Shown: positions 62,201 through 64,000 of the stretch, piece after piece | Layout of the letters: each line of letters opens with the position of its first letter | How positions within the stretch are numbered: the first letter of the stretch is position 1 | NCBI GenBank assembly: GCA_002633005.1 | Contig: NMRA01000274.1 | Location: 200,153-264,152, forward strand | Source of the DNA: Phoronis australis | Lineage: Eukaryota; Animalia; Phoronida | Reading direction: 5' to 3' | DNA length: 64,000 nt | Notes under the pieces: model-generated | The model's input: only the letters and a program-made list of their open reading frames with translations | Told to the model about the DNA's origin: nothing | Database searches by the model: none | Program-made: the position numbers and the translations under genes

Positions 62201-63968
62201 TCGAGTAGTCTGACAACAGACAAAATAATGGGTTTGATTTTAAAGAAGAGACTATCAGTTAATTGATTACGAACTGGAAAAAAATCTGTGAATAGGTTTT
62301 GACCTAATGTTGACGGTCCAGTATCATAAAGGAATTAATTTAGTAGAGAACCTTAGCAGAGATTTGAGCTGTTGCGATCTCTGTTTTGATTTTTGCACAA
62401 TTTGTTACGTGGGGTGACCTTCAATATTTGTTTACCTCACTAAAAACTCGGCTCATTTCATGGCATATTATATTTTGTCAATAGATTTGTACATGAACCG
62501 CGAGTGTCATCAATGCTGTTATCTCAAACATTGCTCCAACTTTCATTTATGTGAACCAAATCTATTACTGCATTAGCAATGACTTCATATCAATACAAAA
62601 AATCATCTGCAAAAAGTGTTTGAAGCATGGTGGATAAGTGCTGTGCGCGTCCTGATACCAGACAAAAGACAATGGGAATACATAGCAATGAACAAGATTG
62701 ATATCTGGATCTAGAAAATACCGTCACCTGCAGTTGACACCAGATAAGTTTTATCAACATGTAATGTAACTGAAAGTCTCTTACTTTAATATTTTTATTG
62801 TTAGGCTGTTCTTTTTTAAGTTGTGGCCCGTGAGCTAACTTCTGGAATCTGTGGTAGTTATGTAGAAATACTAGCTGTTATGGGTGTGGTGCCTTTTTCT
62901 ATTTCAAGGTGCTAGGTAGCTTTATCACTGCAGCTGTTGTATCTCATGGGGAAATGTTTGAACCAGTTGATGTGATGTGTAGTCTGATGAGTTTATTGTG
63001 TTAGCCTCTTTAGTACAAGATTTTAAAGACTTTGTATTGTCAATAGAATAGGGTAGAGGCAGAACTTTGTTAGTTTACCTGTTAGGGCTGTGTATTACAT
63101 ACAATAGGGGACTGTGTTTCTGAGAATATCAGTTTGAATCCCGTGTTCACCTATCTAGCGTGTCTGCTATGTATACTAACTGTTGTGAGCTTGTAGCTTG
63201 GATACAGTCCCTGTCCCAACCCCTTCACATGTCTATCTCTCCTGTGCCAGTTCTGGGAATACCAGCTCTTTCTGTACTTTGGAAACACTCCCTGGTTTGC
63301 TTGGTTTCTCAGTATACTTGCATACTTTGGCGCATACATCTGTAAAGCTGGGCCTATATCTGGAATTAGGCACATGTGCCCATATGTGGAACGCTTAAGT
63401 AAAATCGAGGACCAAATTTCTAAAGAATTATGTGAGTGAAACTCATCGCTTATCCATGACAAAATGACATTTTCATACATTCAGTTTAACATCATTATTA
63501 AAGAAAAAGTATGAGAATAAACAAAAAAACATACAGTTTAAGGCTGCACATGTGCAAGAGAAAGTTGCTGATTGTAGCTTAAGCAAAACACTTTGATAAG
63601 TGAAATATTTTCTTTAAAATTGACGCATGGCTTCAGATATGGGTGCGTGGGCCTAAATACACGCAAATACAAGATATGGATCTTTGCCACTCTACGTTGA
63701 CTAAGTTATTACTTGAAAGGAATCTTGGACCTGAGGTCCACTCAGTATTCTAGATCCATCTTCAAAGTCTCTCAGATTTAGTGTCATTCCAAAACTAACT
63801 GTTAGTCATAACTAGTTTGTTTTCACTATCGTTAATGTAAGCCAAATTCATGAAATATGTTTTGATATTTCTAGGATCCATGCCATATCTCTGGGTCAAG
63901 GCCAGGGACCTGTTGCCGAGAAACTGATCATGGCGGCAACAAAGAGTGGTGACTGGGTATTCTTACAG
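22948..63968 (+). CDS. DNAH6: Dynein axonemal heavy chain 6 (inner-arm, single-headed), 59 coding exons in window, 3'-partial
   Basis: Continuous spliced ORF of about 3,664 codons. P-loops GPAGTGKT (AAA1), GPTGGGKT (AAA2), GGTGVGKS (AAA3), GVGGTGKQ (AAA4); CFDEFNR Walker B. Tail motifs [39 protein letters not shown] and [14 protein letters not shown] resemble vertebrate DNAH6 as recalled. Confidence 0.93.
23788..23988 (+). CDS. DNAH6: DNAH6 exon 2
   Basis: tgtag|[16 protein letters not shown]...PQDLKMQ|gtaagt. Confidence 0.85.
24501..24609 (+). CDS. DNAH6: DNAH6 exon 3
   Basis: ccccag|[36 protein letters not shown]|gtattt. Confidence 0.8.
25355..25408 (+). CDS. DNAH6: DNAH6 exon 4 (54-nt symmetric, possibly cassette)
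   Basis: ctttag|(D)[17 protein letters not shown]|gtaagt; phase 1-1. Confidence 0.65.
26044..26179 (+). CDS. DNAH6: DNAH6 exon 5
   Basis: [44 protein letters not shown]|gtaagc. Confidence 0.9.
26536..26735 (+). mobile_element. Kolobok-like family copy 4 (internally deleted)
   Basis: TTAA|GGTCATGTAGGGCTCT, then GGTCACGTGACCCAATCAATGGCAGATTG and TCTACTTTCAGAAGA matching 7085-7165. Confidence 0.65.
26874..27021 (+). CDS. DNAH6: DNAH6 exon 6
   Basis: [15 protein letters not shown]...[15 protein letters not shown]. Confidence 0.9.
27509..27631 (+). CDS. DNAH6: DNAH6 exon 7
   Basis: [20 protein letters not shown]...ENLFIVNP. Confidence 0.9.
28065..28338 (+). CDS. DNAH6: DNAH6 exon 8
   Basis: [22 protein letters not shown]...[20 protein letters not shown]. 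Confidence 0.9.
29032..29164 (+). CDS. DNAH6: DNAH6 exon 9
   Basis: [43 protein letters not shown]. Confidence 0.88.
29484..29676 (+). CDS. DNAH6: DNAH6 exon 10
   Basis: [21 protein letters not shown]...DDKSESNIK. Confidence 0.9.
30133..30341 (+). CDS. DNAH6: DNAH6 exon 11
   Basis: [22 protein letters not shown]...[11 protein letters not shown]. Confidence 0.9.
30795..30903 (+). CDS. DNAH6: DNAH6 exon 12
   Basis: [36 protein letters not shown]. Confidence 0.9.
31135..31192. repeat. 22-bp tandem repeat x2.6
   Basis: TGAGAATCTCACTGGATTCCAA units containing the palindrome TGAGA-A-TCTCA. Confidence 0.85.
31413..31533 (+). CDS. DNAH6: DNAH6 exon 13
   Basis: [40 protein letters not shown]. Confidence 0.9.
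33109..33260 (+). CDS. DNAH6: DNAH6 exon 14
   Basis: [14 protein letters not shown]...[10 protein letters not shown]. Confidence 0.9.
33777..33929 (+). CDS. DNAH6: DNAH6 exon 15
   Basis: [20 protein letters not shown]...FLDEIQAR. Confidence 0.9.
34437..34688 (+). CDS. DNAH6: DNAH6 exon 16
   Basis: [21 protein letters not shown]...KEIRQEAQ. Confidence 0.9.
35083..35469 (+). CDS. DNAH6: DNAH6 exon 17
   Basis: [11 protein letters not shown]...[24 protein letters not shown]. Confidence 0.92.
35872..36081 (+). CDS. DNAH6: DNAH6 exon 18 (linker, DHC_N2)
   Basis: [17 protein letters not shown]...[13 protein letters not shown]. Confidence 0.93.
36349..36561 (+). CDS. DNAH6: DNAH6 exon 19
   Basis: [37 protein letters not shown]...LFGKTL. 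Confidence 0.92.
36783..37060 (+). CDS. DNAH6: DNAH6 exon 20
   Basis: [27 protein letters not shown]...[11 protein letters not shown]. Confidence 0.95.
37521..37678 (+). CDS. DNAH6: DNAH6 exon 21
   Basis: [31 protein letters not shown]...GTPEG. Confidence 0.9.
38381..38426. repeat. 18-bp tandem repeat x2.5 directly upstream of the exon-22 acceptor
   Basis: CACTCATTTCGCGYGTAC units. Confidence 0.85.
38433..38518 (+). CDS. DNAH6: DNAH6 exon 22
   Basis: [28 protein letters not shown]. Confidence 0.88.
38833..39002 (+). mobile_element. tRNA-derived SINE, copy 2
   Basis: A box TGGCTCAGTGG, B box AGTTCGAATCC; body ACTGGCTGACAATCGAGCATTGCACAAAGGTGTC similar to copy 1. Confidence 0.8.
39145..39402 (+). 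CDS. DNAH6: DNAH6 exon 23
   Basis: [19 protein letters not shown]...FEKKSYS. Confidence 0.93.
39648..39836. repeat. AT-rich low-complexity (TTA/ATT/ATC)n
   Basis: Degenerate ttatta/tttta/catcat runs. Confidence 0.75.
39856..39981 (+). CDS. DNAH6: DNAH6 exon 24
   Basis: [42 protein letters not shown]. Confidence 0.93.
40499..40654 (+). CDS. DNAH6: DNAH6 exon 25
   Basis: [11 protein letters not shown]...[18 protein letters not shown]. Confidence 0.95.
41393..41554 (+). CDS. DNAH6: DNAH6 exon 26 (AAA1 Walker A)
   Basis: [36 protein letters not shown]...[11 protein letters not shown]. Confidence 0.97.
41594..41628. repeat. (ATACA)7 microsatellite
   Basis: Direct reading. Confidence 0.92.
41857..41994 (+). 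CDS. DNAH6: DNAH6 exon 27 (AAA1 Walker B)
   Basis: [35 protein letters not shown]. Confidence 0.97.
41991..42142. repeat. 76-bp tandem duplication spanning the exon-27 donor
   Basis: 41991-42066 vs 42067-42142, near-identical. Confidence 0.9.
42420..42573 (+). CDS. DNAH6: DNAH6 exon 28
   Basis: [24 protein letters not shown]. Confidence 0.96.
43169..43440 (+). CDS. DNAH6: DNAH6 exon 29
   Basis: [12 protein letters not shown]...[20 protein letters not shown]...DAVLFQ. Confidence 0.96.
43745..43957 (+). CDS. DNAH6: DNAH6 exon 30 (AAA2 Walker A)
   Basis: AILQDLFPG...[19 protein letters not shown]. Confidence 0.96.
44416..44607 (+). CDS. DNAH6: DNAH6 exon 31
   Basis: [27 protein letters not shown]. 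Confidence 0.94.
45109..45305 (+). CDS. DNAH6: DNAH6 exon 32
   Basis: [34 protein letters not shown]...ASPATVSR. Confidence 0.96.
45662..45845 (+). CDS. DNAH6: DNAH6 exon 33
   Basis: [20 protein letters not shown]...CAQAINQ. Confidence 0.94.
46442..46666 (+). CDS. DNAH6: DNAH6 exon 34
   Basis: [16 protein letters not shown]...[11 protein letters not shown]...DNGDAK. Confidence 0.93.
47129..47350 (+). CDS. DNAH6: DNAH6 exon 35 (AAA3 Walker A)
   Basis: [11 protein letters not shown]...[11 protein letters not shown]. Confidence 0.95.
47772..47919 (+). CDS. DNAH6: DNAH6 exon 36
   Basis: [28 protein letters not shown]. Confidence 0.94.
48405..48562 (+). CDS. DNAH6: DNAH6 exon 37
   Basis: [26 protein letters not shown]. 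Confidence 0.95.
48729..48860 (+). CDS. DNAH6: DNAH6 exon 38
   Basis: [29 protein letters not shown]. Confidence 0.95.
49128..49299 (+). CDS. DNAH6: DNAH6 exon 39
   Basis: [23 protein letters not shown]. Confidence 0.95.
49793..49956 (+). CDS. DNAH6: DNAH6 exon 40
   Basis: [21 protein letters not shown]. Confidence 0.95.
50280..50411 (+). CDS. DNAH6: DNAH6 exon 41
   Basis: [32 protein letters not shown]. Confidence 0.92.
50666..50826 (+). CDS. DNAH6: DNAH6 exon 42 (AAA4 Walker A)
   Basis: [41 protein letters not shown]. Confidence 0.96.
51345..51495 (+). CDS. DNAH6: DNAH6 exon 43
   Basis: [20 protein letters not shown]...VFLFTDTQ. Confidence 0.95.
51882..52250 (+). CDS. DNAH6: DNAH6 exon 44
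   Basis: [20 protein letters not shown]...[25 protein letters not shown]. Confidence 0.96.
52536..52690 (+). CDS. DNAH6: DNAH6 exon 45
   Basis: [20 protein letters not shown]. Confidence 0.95.
53189..53369 (+). CDS. DNAH6: DNAH6 exon 46 (stalk CC1)
   Basis: [25 protein letters not shown]...VDQEKADA. Confidence 0.94.
53835..54070 (+). CDS. DNAH6: DNAH6 exon 47 (stalk/MTBD)
   Basis: [16 protein letters not shown]...[25 protein letters not shown]. Confidence 0.95.
54061..54155. repeat. 19-bp minisatellite x5 built from the exon-47 end plus donor
   Basis: Units close to GTAGCTGCAAGTAAGTAGA start at 54061, 54080, 54099, 54118 and 54137. Confidence 0.92.
54422..54667 (+). CDS. DNAH6: DNAH6 exon 48 (MTBD)
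   Basis: [26 protein letters not shown]...[11 protein letters not shown]...VEPKRQ. Confidence 0.95.
55107..55344 (+). CDS. DNAH6: DNAH6 exon 49 (stalk CC2)
   Basis: ctaaag| (AAG acceptor) LAAAEAEL...[24 protein letters not shown]. Confidence 0.92.
56097..56399 (+). CDS. DNAH6: DNAH6 exon 50
   Basis: [16 protein letters not shown]...[24 protein letters not shown]. Confidence 0.95.
56646..56831 (+). CDS. DNAH6: DNAH6 exon 51 (AAA5)
   Basis: ANRWVRNKE...[28 protein letters not shown]. Confidence 0.95.
57493..57665 (+). CDS. DNAH6: DNAH6 exon 52
   Basis: [43 protein letters not shown]. Confidence 0.96.
57800..57980 (+). CDS. DNAH6: DNAH6 exon 53
   Basis: [13 protein letters not shown]...[19 protein letters not shown]. 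Confidence 0.95.
58426..58605 (+). CDS. DNAH6: DNAH6 exon 54
   Basis: [32 protein letters not shown]. Confidence 0.95.
58993..59099 (+). CDS. DNAH6: DNAH6 exon 55
   Basis: [35 protein letters not shown]. Confidence 0.93.
59616..59889 (+). CDS. DNAH6: DNAH6 exon 56
   Basis: [15 protein letters not shown]...EWNYFLRG...WIQMGDIL. Confidence 0.93.
60405..60605 (+). CDS. DNAH6: DNAH6 exon 57
   Basis: [11 protein letters not shown]...[21 protein letters not shown]. Confidence 0.9.
60931..61121 (+). CDS. DNAH6: DNAH6 exon 58 (AAA6 start)
   Basis: [14 protein letters not shown]...[14 protein letters not shown]. Confidence 0.95.
63150..63420 (-). mobile_element. Possible decayed LINE (CR1/L2-like ORF2 C-terminal) fragment
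   Basis: Interrupted minus-strand frame ...[21 protein letters not shown] resembles the post-RT 'PGSVT.ML..LGW..L..RR' region; multiple stops and frameshifts. Confidence 0.25.
63875..63968 (+). CDS. DNAH6: DNAH6 exon 59
   Basis: [31 protein letters not shown]|gtaagc. Confidence 0.95.
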
Positions 63969-64000
63969 GTAAGCATTACTGGTGGAAAGAAGGAAGGGAG

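Noticed and set aside
63290-63360. Minus-strand peptide [17 protein letters not shown] resembling kinase subdomain XI
   Set aside because: Bounded by stops, with no other kinase motifs. Chance or a decayed retroelement.

Overview
Eukaryotic (invertebrate animal-like, AT-rich introns) genomic DNA, not prokaryotic. Two spliced genes lie head-to-head. (1) A tropomodulin (TMOD) gene on the minus strand: ATG at 11697, coding exons traced down to 507, 3' end outside the window, putative non-coding first exon ending at 21603. (2) An axonemal dynein heavy chain matching DNAH6 on the plus strand: ATG at 22948, 59 GT-AG coding exons in one consistent frame (10,992 nt, about 3,664 codons) from the tail through linker, AAA1-4, stalk and AAA5 into AAA6, running off the right edge. 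Introns carry a tRNA-derived SINE (2 copies), a TTAA-flanked Kolobok-like non-autonomous family (4 copies), a TA-flanked MITE (young and old copies), a Helentron/HINE-like end and short tandem repeats. The most notable observation is a tandemly duplicated TMOD exon pair (5701-5787 and 5544-5633) separated by only about 67 nt, with mostly synonymous divergence. These are candidate mutually exclusive exons; one carries an internal frameshift that a GTGT tandem donor could rescue. Several DNAH6 splice signals are also locally duplicated, including a 5x19-bp minisatellite of GTAAGT donors. All gene models were read by eye, with no transcript or database evidence.
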